Shown: positions 1 through 8,836 of the stretch, one piece after another
Layout: each line of letters opens with the position of its first letter
Numbering within the stretch: the stretch's first letter is position 1
Source of the DNA: an uncultured delta proteobacterium
GTDB lineage: Bacteria; Desulfobacterota; Syntrophobacteria; BM002
Direction: 5' to 3'
Length of the DNA: 64,000 bases
NCBI GenBank assembly: GCA_963712115.1
Contig: CAVQGX010000020.1
Location: forward strand, 32,001-96,000
The notes under the pieces: model-generated
What the model was told of the DNA's origin: nothing
What the model saw: the letters and a program-made list of their open reading frames with translations, nothing else
Databases searched by the model: none
Made by a program: the position numbers and the translations under genes

Positions 1-1
1 A

Positions 2-322
2 GCTCAAGCGCTTTCTCCTCTCACGGGTGTGGTTGCCGCGGTTAATTATCAGGTAACCAAAAAGCCTCATGTGATCAAAGAGGAGCCTTACAATGATGGC
101 TGGTTGATGGTTCTTGACCCCTCAGAGATGAAGAAAGACCTGAAGAATCTTCTCTATGGTCAGGAAAGTACCGAGTGGATCCAAGGGGAACATCAAAAAT
201 TAGTGGAGATGGTCAGTGCAGTGGGGATGACCTACGCAGACGGTGGCCCCATTGATGACGTTGTCGGCAATATGCCAGACCTCTCTTGGGATAAATTGAC
301 CCAGGAGTTTCTGCGAACTTAG
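2..322 (+). CDS. Glycine cleavage H-protein (GcvH)-like protein, 5'-truncated by the window edge
   Basis: Frame is open from position 2: AQALSPLTGVVAAVN...EEPYNDGWLMVL, matching the GcvH C-terminal pattern (SPVSG-V-EVN...DPY-GWL), plus a C-terminal extension. The lipoyl-Lys region lies outside the window. Confidence 0.7.
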   Translation, partial: AQALSPLTGVVAAVNYQVTKKPHVIKEEPYNDGWLMVLDPSEMKKDLKNLLYGQESTEWIQGEHQKLVEMVSAVGMTYADGGPIDDVVGNMPDLSWDKLTQEFLRT

Positions 323-343
323 GCTAAGCTGGTCCTAGAAAGC

Positions 344-382
344 AAAACCCGGCTGGAACGGATGTTCCCGCCGGGTTTTTTG
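344..382 (+). terminator. Intrinsic terminator, possibly bidirectional
   Basis: aaaacccggc...gccgggtttttt hairpin plus T-tract just after the GcvH-like stop. Confidence 0.75.
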
Positions 383-392
383 TTCTTGTATA

Positions 393-456
393 ACCGCCGA
401 GAGCGCAGAGCAGAAACCTATTGAATCTTCTCAGCGTTCTCTGCGCGCTCCGCGGT
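393..456. repeat. Inverted short-period repeat element, ~9-nt family (accgc-gagagcgcagag ... ctctgcgcgctccgcggt)
   Basis: Left and right arms are degenerate reverse complements around a short spacer. Confidence 0.6.
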
Positions 457-475
457 AGAATACTGCGTTATGCGA

Positions 476-724
476 TTAGCGCAGAGCGCCCTCCCACTCC
501 CCTTCTTTCCAACTAGCGGCGTCAGACAGCTCGTAGAGTAACTGAACCGCCTTTTCGTCCCTACGTTCGAAGGCCTGATCGCGAATAAAGCTGTACATCT
601 CTTTGGTGACCTCGTCTTTGCTCTTGGCAGACTTTTTTTCGAAAATGCAATAGGAAAGATAGGACTCGAAATCACTGACTGTGGGCTCGTTTTTACATCT
701 TTCAAAAAACGCCTTGAATTCCAT
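476..724 (-). CDS. Small hypothetical protein (82 aa)
   Basis: ATG preceded by GGGAGG RBS; plausible composition; family not recognised. Confidence 0.6.
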   Translation of the reverse strand: MEFKAFFERCKNEPTVSDFESYLSYCIFEKKSAKSKDEVTKEMYSFIRDQAFERRDEKAVQLLYELSDAASWKEGEWEGALR

Positions 725-821
725 AAAACCTCCCAGGTGAAGAACAGACGGCCAATTGCTTTCCTTTGGCGAGTATAGCAGAAAGGCAAGTAGGTCTAAA
801 GAAAAAACCCGCTAAAAAGAA

Positions 822-898
822 CAGCTGGCAGCGGGCAGAAAAAGTTTTGTCTAGTGTTATTATCCATCGATAGCTGCTCCCTGCCTGCTGCCCGCCTG
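822..898. repeat. Inverted heptamer repeat element (cagctggcagcgggcag ... ctgcctgctgcccgcctg)
   Basis: 7-nt periodic arms in inverted orientation; related units at ~25295 and ~40010. Confidence 0.55.
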
Positions 899-928
899 TC
901 CCGAGCGAAGTCGCGGGGCTGCTTGCTG

Positions 929-963
929 AAAAAAAAGCCCCTAGCCTGGAAAGACTAAGGGCT
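929..963 (-). terminator. Intrinsic terminator of the leftward redox cluster
   Basis: Minus strand: agcccttag...ctaggggct followed by a T-run. Confidence 0.7.
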
Positions 964-989
964 CACTGTAGACACATCTTCTTAAATAA

Positions 990-2207
990 TTACTCGTCCA
1001 CTCCTTCGATCACTAGAGAATCTGCCACCAGTTCCCATAGGTACTTAACTTCCACATCCATCATGTCATACTCTTTGCGCAGACTCTTCATGATCTGGTC
1101 GCGGCAGTTGTGACAGGGGGCAATAAGCATTTCGGCTGCCGTATCCCTTATTTGTTTGGCCTTCACCCGGCCATAATAAATGCGCTCCTCAGCATAGGGC
1201 ATGGCCCAGGCACCACCACCTGCACCGCAGCAGAAGTTATTAACCTTGCTGGGGTACATTTCCACGTAGTTTTCCACGCACTGTTGCACAATCCATCGGG
1301 GCTCTTCGTAGTAACCATGACCGAAAGTGCGTTCGCTCTTCCGCGCATAGTTGCAGGGATCATGGTATGTGGTTAGCTCTGGATGTTTAGACTTGTCAAT
1401 CTTTATGCGTCCGGTTTCGATATATTCTTTCAACAGATCGTGTACACTCATGAATTTGACGCCCTCATCAGCGAACCAATTCTGCAGACCAAGCCTGGTC
1501 GCAAAGTAGGCGTGACCTCACTCCGGTAAGAGGAGATACTCACATTCAAGTTTCTTATAGTTCTCCACAATTCTCCGGACGACTTCTTTCATGGAAGCAT
1601 CATCGCCGGTGAAGAGTCCCCAGTTGACCCCTTCCCAGTTTTCCGAGGTGGTGGTCCAGGATTCCTTGGCCGCGTAGAAAATCTTCCACCAGAAAAACAT
1701 ATCCTCCGGCTCGGCAAAGGGTTCCTTGGAGTTGATGGTCACCATAATCCTGGCACCTTTCTTGTCCACCGGCACCTCGAAACCGGGCAACTCTTCGGCC
1801 AGCTCAACTCCAAGATCTTCCAGCAGGAAAAGGTAATCCTCTTTGGGGATGCCCACGTTGTTACCTGATGCCAAACACTGCACCACACCTTTGTGCAAGA
1901 CTCCCGGAACCTTGTCCCTTTCCCGATGCGTCCGGGCGGACCGCATCATCTTATTGAGGTCGATGTTCATGGGACAGCCGTGCTCGCAGCGGGCACACAG
2001 GGTGCAAATCCAAGGAAAACGAGAATCAATCAGTTCCTGGTCCAAACCCAGCAGGGCCATGCGCACTGCCTTCCGCATGTCCATACCGTCCACCCCTGTA
2101 ACCGGGCAGCCACCGGCACAGGTGCCGCATGTGAGGCAAAGATCGGGATATTCTCCCGCCAGCCTCCGCTTTTCTCTTTTATCCAAAACCAGCGGTTCAG
2201 ATTGCAT
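990..2207 (-). CDS. HdrD/GlpC-like (Fe-S)-binding CCG-domain protein, selenoprotein (405 aa, TGA at 1518-1520 read as Sec)
   Basis: ORFs 1518..2207 and 990..1451 are in one frame, joined by LLPE-TGA-GHAYFATRLGLQNWFADEGVKF-MSVH. The TGA sits at the Cys of the E-C-G-H motif (compare TECGHA in 4490..5788). Two CxxCxxCxxxCP motifs N-terminally; YHDPC, CCGAGGG and PCHNC C-terminally. Confidence 0.88.
1481..1517 (-). promoter_or_regulatory. Putative bacterial SECIS element
   Basis: Just 3' of the UGA: UGC-GACCA-GGCU-UGGUC-U-GCA, a hairpin with a G-led apical loop and a bulged U. Confidence 0.7.
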
Positions 2208-2237
2208 TAGATCCCTCCTTGAAGAGTTATTCTAATT

Positions 2238-2843
2238 TTATTGCGGTGAGGCTATTCCCTCTAAATAGCGGGTGATTGCGCCGTCATACTCATGGGTTAA
2301 CCGATAGACTTTCTTGGCCAGCCGAAATCGGCTCTCAAGGCTTAACTGCCCTCCTTTAGCGGTCATCTCTTCGATTATGGGACCATAATCTCCCGGGTCA
2401 ACCACCACGGCCACATCCCGGTAATTCTTGGCCGCAGCACGCAGCATGGTGGGACCGCCTATGTCGATATTCTCCACTGCCTGCTCCAGGGTGCAGTCAT
2501 CTCTGGCCACGGTCTTCTCAAATGCATAAAGATTTACTACCACCATGTCAATGACCTTTAGATGGTGGGCAGCCATGGTTTTCATGTGCTCTGGATTATG
2601 CCGCTGTGCCAGGATGCCGGCATGAACTTTAGGGTGAAGGGTCTTCACCCGCCCATCAAGCATTTCGGGAAACCCGGTAAAATCAGATACATCTTGCACG
2701 GTAACTCCACCCTCTCTGAGCATGCGAGCCGTGCCACCAGTGGACAGAATTTCCACCCCTAATGCCTGGAGCTTTTGAGCGAATTCAACCAGACCGGATT
2801 TATCAGTCACACTTAAAATCGCCCGTTGGATTTTGCGCTCCAT
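2238..2843 (-). CDS. purH: IMP cyclohydrolase (stand-alone PurH N-terminal MGS-like domain)
   Basis: [49 protein letters not shown]; ends before the transformylase domain. Start placed at ATG 2843 after AAGGAGGA. Confidence 0.9.
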   Translation of the reverse strand: MERKIQRAILSVTDKSGLVEFAQKLQALGVEILSTGGTARMLREGGVTVQDVSDFTGFPEMLDGRVKTLHPKVHAGILAQRHNPEHMKTMAAHHLKVIDMVVVNLYAFEKTVARDDCTLEQAVENIDIGGPTMLRAAAKNYRDVAVVVDPGDYGPIIEEMTAKGGQLSLESRFRLAKKVYRLTHEYDGAITRYLEGIASPQ

Positions 2844-2932
2844 CAAATCCTCCTTAATCTTCATGGCGGATGATCTTTCTACGCCATTCCCACCCTTAGG
2901 TTGTTCTTCGCAATTTTTATGCCTACGCAGAG

Positions 2933-3703
2933 TCAGGCCGCCTTATCAAGTAAAAGCCTGGTGAAAACTTCGTTGGCCGCCTGGAGAGCCACTGATTCCG
3001 GCGGCAGCTCCATGGTGGGCTTCCCTTCCAGATCGAACTGGTAGATGAGATCATCTTCAGGAATGGTGCTCATTGAGTTGGGATCGAATAGTTCCGTCTC
3101 CTTGGCGACCAATTTCTCCAGCTTGTCCTTGTATTGATTAACCAAAAGGTATTTCCGTCCCACTCTGATGTTAAGTTCGTCCACCAGGTCATAAATCCTT
3201 CGGGCTGAAAGAATACCTCGCCGACTGGTATCACTCACCACCAGAAGCAAATCAATGTCTTTAGTAGTAAGCCGGCTAAAATGCTCCATCCCGGCCTCAT
3301 TGTCAACAACCAGATAGGGGTAGTTGTACATCAACCGTTCGATGAAGGTGCTGAGCAGGTTATTGGCGGCACAATAGCACCCCGGCCCTTCGGGACGACC
3401 CATGACTATGAGATCGAATCCTTTGGCCTCCACCAGGGCCTGCTCAACCTTCATCTCCATCCACATATCCTTAGTCATTCCCACCGGGACATCTTTTTTC
3501 ATCATCTCCCTGGCCTCCCCAAGTGTCTCTTCCACTTTGAGGCCAAGCACCTCATTTAAATTGGAATTTGAATCAGCATCCACTGCCAAAATCGGGCTCA
3601 TGTCGTGCTCTTTAAGAAAGCGAATAAGCAGCCCGGCAAGGGTGGTCTTGCCGGTTCCGCCTTTCCCTGCCAAGGCAATAGTGTATCCCTGTTTTTTCGC
3701 CAT
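2933..3703 (-). CDS. cooC: CooC/AcsF nickel-insertion ATPase (CODH/ACS maturation)
   Basis: GKGGTGKTT deviant Walker [15 protein letters not shown] Ni-binding motif, DNEAGMEH. Confidence 0.9.
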   Translation of the reverse strand: MAKKQGYTIALAGKGGTGKTTLAGLLIRFLKEHDMSPILAVDADSNSNLNEVLGLKVEETLGEAREMMKKDVPVGMTKDMWMEMKVEQALVEAKGFDLIVMGRPEGPGCYCAANNLLSTFIERLMYNYPYLVVDNEAGMEHFSRLTTKDIDLLLVVSDTSRRGILSARRIYDLVDELNIRVGRKYLLVNQYKDKLEKLVAKETELFDPNSMSTIPEDDLIYQFDLEGKPTMELPPESVALQAANEVFTRLLLDKAA

Positions 3704-3824
3704 TTGTAATCCTGAGTAGACTATCTTAGTTAATCGCCCCCCAAGGGGAGAGTAGATTAATTCTATTTTAAATTAGTTTCACCCCTAACCAGATATATTT
3801 ATCACCTTTTACAATCATTGAGGT

Positions 3825-4280
3825 TTACGCTGCTACCCCTTTTTTCTTCGGATGGCATTCGCCACAGGTTACCGGGCCCGACTGCTTTTTATCCTTAGAG
3901 ACCTGTCGGTGGCAACCTGTGCACATTCGATGGTATGCCTGCTGCAAATTACGTTTGGTCGGGTCCAAATCAGGCTTAAATTGGAAGCCGGTCTCATTTT
4001 TGTGGCATGAAGAACACTTTATGCCCTCAGCGTCTTCTTCAAGCTCCGCCTCATCCACAATGTTTTCTCCACCCTTGAACCGGTGGTGACAATCGCTGCA
4101 CTCGATTTCGGCATCGATATGTTGTATGTGAGGAAAGGCCACCGGTGGCCGGCTACGATCAGTAAATACCGACTGGTCATCCAATAAAATATCTTCTGGC
4201 TGGGCGTCGAGATTGACCGCCCACAAGAGGCTTCCGATGCCCAGAATCAACATGCAAACCAGAAAATGTCCCCGTCTCAT
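3825..4280 (-). CDS. Periplasmic tetrahaem class III cytochrome c (cytochrome c3, TmcA-like)
   Basis: Signal peptide; four CxxCH motifs (CSDCH, CSSCH, CTGCH, CGECH); VAFPHxxH; start placed at ATG 4280. Confidence 0.88.
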   Translation of the reverse strand: MRRGHFLVCMLILGIGSLLWAVNLDAQPEDILLDDQSVFTDRSRPPVAFPHIQHIDAEIECSDCHHRFKGGENIVDEAELEEDAEGIKCSSCHKNETGFQFKPDLDPTKRNLQQAYHRMCTGCHRQVSKDKKQSGPVTCGECHPKKKGVAA

Positions 4281-4334
4281 GGCTCGTCTCCCTGGTTGTG
4301 ACACTCTTGCCAATGATCACCTGGAAAAAGACTA

Positions 4335-4458
4335 AACCACAGAAATCACTGAGCGATGCAATTTCAGATTCTTGATTGTAGATTGCAGATTGCAAAATCT
4401 TCTAGTCCCTACTTGGGTCAATCTCCAATCTCAAAATCTCAAATATCTCTCTGTGGTT
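4335..4458. repeat. Nested inverted repeat element (outer aaccacaga...tctgtggtt; inner heptamer gattgta/gattgca ... caatctc/aaatctc)
   Basis: Two repeat families nested in the tmcB-cytochrome spacer. Confidence 0.65.
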
Positions 4459-4489
4459 ACCTCCCCTTTGTTGCTTACTTATCCTTGGT

Positions 4490-5788
4490 TTACTCCTCGT
4501 CTTCGTCCTCTTCCTTAGCCTTGAGTTCTTCCGGAATAATCAGAGCCTCTTCAAACATTTCTTTGAAAGAGAGCACCTTGATTCCCAGTTCATGCTCCTT
4601 GTTCAAGTCCCTTATCTGATCGTAACAGTTGTGGCATGGAGTTATGCAGATGCTTGCGCCGGTGGCCCTAATTTGCTCCGCTTTCACTTTACCGGAGCGC
4701 AACCGTCTCTCCCTGAAAGCTCCGGCCATGGGGATGGCACCACCACCGCCGCCGCAACAGTAGTTGTAGTCACCGTGGGGCTCCATTTCCACAAAATCCT
4801 CGCAGAGATATTTGATGATTTCCCGGGCATCCTGACCGCAGCCACCGTTACGGCTGACATTACAGGGATCCTGGTAGGTACAGCGCTCGTTGGCAAAAAC
4901 ACTCTTGTCCAGCTTAATCCGCCCTTCTCGCAAATATTCGGCAAAAAGGGAAACACTGTGCACTACTTGGAATTTGTGATCCCGTCCCAACCAGACGGGT
5001 GATTCAAATTTCAGCGACCGCAGGGCATGGCCACATTCGGTAACCACCACGCGCTTGACCTCCAACTCCTCTGCCGCGTCCCGCACCATCTGGGCAATCT
5101 TGGAAGCTGCAGCAAAGTCACCCATAAACATAGCCAAATTGGTCACATCCCACCCTTTACGGGACATGGTCCAGTCTGCACCGGCAAGGTAGAAAACCAT
5201 AGCGGCCTGGGAAATGTCCATGGGGTAAAACTTGGGTTCTCTGGCGTTCACCACGTAAAGGAAATCAGCTCCTTTCTTGTCGATGGGAATGGTGGCGCCA
5301 GGCAGTTCCTCTTGCAGTTCTTCCTCCATCCACTGTAGAGTATCTACCCACTCCTCCTCGGTTACGGCCATCTGATTGCCAGAGGCAAGATGACTCTCTA
5401 CCGCCTTTAGCAAGTGCTCGGGCACCTTACCTTGAGTCACGGATAGACTACGCGCCATACTTATGATGCTGGCCACGTCAATTCCGAAGGGACAAAACAT
5501 GGTGCAGCGACGGCACATGGTACACTCACCATATATGGTCTCATAAAAATCATCGAGTTTGTCCTCGTCGAGATTATTCTTCTTTTTAATGGTTTCCAGC
5601 ACCTTCTTGGCCTTGTAAGCAGGGATCATTTCGGGTTTTTTATCGTTGGACAAATAGAAATGGCAGGCGTCAGAGCAAAGGCCGCAATGGGCACAGATTT
5701 CCAACCACATTTTGAGTCGGGCATTGCTCTTTTCCTCTGCGCCCTTTTTAAAGACTTCTGGGTTAAAGGCTGTTGCTTTGTTTCCCAT
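4490..5788 (-). CDS. tmcB: TmcB/HmcF/DsrK-family Fe-S CCG-domain protein
   Basis: CAHCGLCSDAC, CTMCRRCTMFCPFGID, TECGHA, YQDPCN, CCGGGGG, PCHNC; lies between a NarI-like gene and a cytochrome c3. Confidence 0.8.
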   Translation of the reverse strand: MGNKATAFNPEVFKKGAEEKSNARLKMWLEICAHCGLCSDACHFYLSNDKKPEMIPAYKAKKVLETIKKKNNLDEDKLDDFYETIYGECTMCRRCTMFCPFGIDVASIISMARSLSVTQGKVPEHLLKAVESHLASGNQMAVTEEEWVDTLQWMEEELQEELPGATIPIDKKGADFLYVVNAREPKFYPMDISQAAMVFYLAGADWTMSRKGWDVTNLAMFMGDFAAASKIAQMVRDAAEELEVKRVVVTECGHALRSLKFESPVWLGRDHKFQVVHSVSLFAEYLREGRIKLDKSVFANERCTYQDPCNVSRNGGCGQDAREIIKYLCEDFVEMEPHGDYNYCCGGGGGAIPMAGAFRERRLRSGKVKAEQIRATGASICITPCHNCYDQIRDLNKEHELGIKVLSFKEMFEEALIIPEELKAKEEDEDEE

Positions 5789-5833
5789 TAATCTCTCCTC
5801 AAAAAAATTGTCGTGGACAGGAGATTCCCACCG

Positions 5834-6484
5834 CTACCAGGAAGGAGCGCTTCGCCTGCCGAATTCCATACCAGTCACCGCCCTGGAGAAGAAAAACATG
5901 AGAAAATGGCTCAACTTGGTGAAGGGAATAACCACCAACATGAGCTCTCCAAAAAACATGTGCAAAATAAGCACGGTATTATAATCAAAATATTGGTGGT
6001 AGGCGAGATAACCGGTAACGAAGGGGGCCAAGGTCACTCCTAAAAGCACATAATCGGCCGTTGTGGTTACCACCCGTACGTAAGGCAGGAAAATGCGGCG
6101 CAAGGCCAGGAAGATACCGCAGCCGATAGTGATAAGGGTCATGTAATCGGCAGCCGTCTCTGGGAGGGACCACCAGCTTATCTCCCAGGACTCGTACCAG
6201 AGAACCCCGTGGGCCAGCAGGAAAAGAGGCGTCACCAGCAAGCAGAAGTGAAATATAAACCCGACTGCAGTGGTGATAGGGTTTTTCTTGGCCGTCTCAT
6301 TAAGAGGAACAATCCAATGAAAGATAGAGAGCCAGAGCCATTTCCAACTGAAAAACCGGTATATGGGCTTATCTTTCTTGGTGCTCACGGTGAAGAAAAG
6401 GATAACCCTCACCACCATACCACCGATAAACACCCCAAAAGCCAACCAGAGCAAGGGTCCCCGCAACAATTCATACAGGCTCAT
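5834..6484 (-). CDS. tmcC: TmcC/NarI-like membrane cytochrome b subunit
   Basis: Multiple TM helices; GPLLW start, FHFC, APFVTGYLAYH, HMFFGELMLVVIPFTKLSH haem-b His motifs. Confidence 0.85.
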   Translation of the reverse strand: MSLYELLRGPLLWLAFGVFIGGMVVRVILFFTVSTKKDKPIYRFFSWKWLWLSIFHWIVPLNETAKKNPITTAVGFIFHFCLLVTPLFLLAHGVLWYESWEISWWSLPETAADYMTLITIGCGIFLALRRIFLPYVRVVTTTADYVLLGVTLAPFVTGYLAYHQYFDYNTVLILHMFFGELMLVVIPFTKLSHFLMFFFSRAVTGMEFGRRSAPSW

Positions 6485-6617
6485 GGGTTTCTCCTCTCGA
6501 TTTCGGAGCTACTGCCTGGTGAATCCTAATTGAGGTTCGATTAAAAGGTTGCAATCAAAAATCCAATACCAGTTGGTAAGATCGATTGCCGCTCAAAGGG
6601 GTCTAGATTATGTTTTT

Positions 6618-7544
6618 CTATGACACTTCCGGTCGAGGTAGCAAGCCGGCAGCGGAGACGATCTCCTCTACCCTCTCTTCCCACTCGATGGCCATGACGT
6701 GCACACCGGCAATGCCTTTCAGTTCCTTCATTTCCTCGATCTGCTCGACGGCGATTTTAATGCCTTCATCACCTTGTTTCTTTTTATCCACTCCTTTGAG
6801 TCGCTCGATGTAACTTTCCGGCACATCCAAGCCCGGGACAAATTTCTGCATGTACCTGGCCATGCCCACAGATTTCAGGGGGGTAATTCCCGCCATTACG
6901 TAACATTTCTCGGTAAGTCCCTGGTCGTAGGCCTGCTGCATGTAGGTGCGAAATTTTTCCATGTTGTAGATGCACTGAGTCTGGACAAAGTCCACCCCCG
7001 CATCTATCTTCTTCTTGAGGCGGGTTACCCGGAACTCAAAGGGATCGGCAAAGGGATTGACGGCCGCACCGATAAAGTATTGGGGAATCCCTTCGCACTC
7101 ATGGTCATTGATGAGCTTGCCCTCGTCCCGCATTTTCTTCAGCACCGCAATGAGCTGAATTGAGTCGATGTCAAAGACGTTCTTGGCCTGAGGGTGATCG
7201 CCGAACTTCTGATGGTCACCTGAGAGACAAAGGACGTTTTTAATGCCCAGAGCTGAGGCGCCTAGTAAATCTGCCTGAATGGCCAGCCGATTGCGGTCCC
7301 TACAGACCATTTGCAAATTGGGCTCGATCCCCATATCCAGCAGCAGCCGACAAACGGCCATACTCGCCATACGCACCACCGCAGTCTGATTGTCGGTGAC
7401 ATTGACTGATTCAACCATACCCTTGAGATATTTGGCCTTCTCGTGAATGTGGTGCGCATCCGCACCCCGGGGCGGCCCCAATTCACCGGTGACCGCAAAG
7501 TGACCCGCGGCAAAGACCTTTTCTAATTTGCTACCTGCTTTCAT
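6618..7544 (-). CDS. metF: 5,10-methylenetetrahydrofolate reductase
   Basis: VTGELGPPRG, NVTDNQTAVVRM, CRDRNRLAIQADLLGA, LSGDH, KIDAGVDFVQTQ. Confidence 0.95.
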   Translation of the reverse strand: MKAGSKLEKVFAAGHFAVTGELGPPRGADAHHIHEKAKYLKGMVESVNVTDNQTAVVRMASMAVCRLLLDMGIEPNLQMVCRDRNRLAIQADLLGASALGIKNVLCLSGDHQKFGDHPQAKNVFDIDSIQLIAVLKKMRDEGKLINDHECEGIPQYFIGAAVNPFADPFEFRVTRLKKKIDAGVDFVQTQCIYNMEKFRTYMQQAYDQGLTEKCYVMAGITPLKSVGMARYMQKFVPGLDVPESYIERLKGVDKKKQGDEGIKIAVEQIEEMKELKGIAGVHVMAIEWEERVEEIVSAAGLLPRPEVS

Positions 7545-8215
7545 TGTTTTAGATCCTCCCTTACCATCTTGCGAGGTCCGCCATCGCGGCTTGAGGTCCA
7601 GTCTTTGAACATCACCACTTTGCCCATTTTGTCCAGCTGTCCTAAACGGCTCATGCGCTCATAAATGAGATGCCAGACGCAGTCCGTCTCAGGACTGATC
7701 TCACATTTCCCCTTAGCAGAACCGCCGCAGGGGCCGTTCATTAGACTCTTGGCACAGCGGGCTATAGGGCAGAGACTGCCGAAGTTGTGAATGCCGCATG
7801 AACCGCAGGCCTGGCAAAACTCGGCCCACACTCCGTGCTCGAGGGCGCCGCCGATAAAGGTGGTGTTGAGACAGGGATATACCAGAACATCCTCGTAGCG
7901 CTTGGCAATGTACTGCGGTCCCACACTGCAGGCCATGGACAGAACCGCATCGTACTTGTTGCTGGCCAGCGGTTCTGCCAATTGGTCAATGTACTCGGGG
8001 TCGCACTGGCGCTCCAAGGTGATCTCGTCTATCTCAATCTCGCGGCCCTCTTTCTTGCGGGCAATCTTCAAGGCGGTGGCCAGAATGCCCACTTCCTTCT
8101 GGCCTCCTGAACAACAAACGGTTACACATCCTTTACACCCGGTGAGCAGAACCTTGTCAAAGTCCGCCACCATAGCCAGAATCTCTTCAATCGGTTTTTG
8201 TTCCGCCACAACCAT
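7541..8215 (-). CDS. metV: MetV, small Fe-S/Zn subunit of methylene-THF reductase
   Basis: GCKGCVTVC, RQCDPE, CQACGSC, CPIARCAKSLMNGPCGG...CE...CVW; 4-nt overlap with metF. Confidence 0.9.
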   Translation of the reverse strand: MVVAEQKPIEEILAMVADFDKVLLTGCKGCVTVCCSGGQKEVGILATALKIARKKEGREIEIDEITLERQCDPEYIDQLAEPLASNKYDAVLSMACSVGPQYIAKRYEDVLVYPCLNTTFIGGALEHGVWAEFCQACGSCGIHNFGSLCPIARCAKSLMNGPCGGSAKGKCEISPETDCVWHLIYERMSRLGQLDKMGKVVMFKDWTSSRDGGPRKMVREDLKQ

Positions 8216-8316
8216 TGGCTAGTACCTCCTTGCCGGCCCTCAGCACAGCCTGCCAACCGGCAGCCTGAATTACGCCTAAAACCTTAATGGCCGCCCAAAG
8301 GGAAATGGTAAAATCC

Positions 8317-8742
8317 TCAAGCGGCCTTTGCTCCTGATCTTACTGGGCTTGGGCCCAGCTCCTTAATACGTTGGGTGAATTCCCGGGCGATCTCGGCAAA
8401 GCGAGTACCCTGGGCAGCGCTCAAATTGTACATCTCCACCCGCTCTGGCTCCATGCCAATTCCTTCAAGCACCTTCTTGACATAAGCCACCCGCTTTTTT
8501 GCCTTCAGATTGCCGGTAAGGTAGTGACAGTCGCCCTCCAGGCAGCCAGCCACATAAACCCCATCGGCGCCATCCTCTACGGCTTTGAGCAAGTGGAGGA
8601 TATCCACCCTGCCAGTGCAGGGCACATTGATGATCTTTACATTACTCGGGTAGTTCAATCTCATGGAACCTGCCAGGTCCGCAGCCGAGTAAGCTCAATA
8701 CATGCAACAAAATGCTATGATCTGCGGCTCGAAGTCTTTCAT
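8317..8742 (-). CDS. mvhD: MvhD/FlpD [2Fe-2S] subunit, selenoprotein (141 aa, Sec16 at TGA 8695-8697)
   Basis: Upstream of the tracked ORF the frame reads MKDFEPQIIAFCCMY-TGA-AYSAADLAGSMRLNYP, the conserved MvhD N-terminus; then PCTGRVD, GADGVYVAGC, CHY, GN. Confidence 0.92.
8665..8694 (-). promoter_or_regulatory. Putative SECIS element of mvhD
   Basis: After the UGA: ...GCGGACCU-GGC-AGGUUCC, a short hairpin with a G-led loop at similar distance to the one at 1481-1517. Confidence 0.55.
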
Positions 8743-8836
8743 CTTGTTCTCCCGATCGCTGTCAAACCACTAATTCCATTGTCTCTACATTTCCAAGCCT
8801 AATCCCTTGATAAAAGGGTTAATTGCTTGCCTAAAT

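Noticed and set aside
990-1520. HdrD-like and mvhD genes as nonsense pseudogenes
   Set aside because: Both TGAs fall exactly on conserved Cys columns, keep the frame and are followed by hairpins; Sec recoding is more parsimonious.
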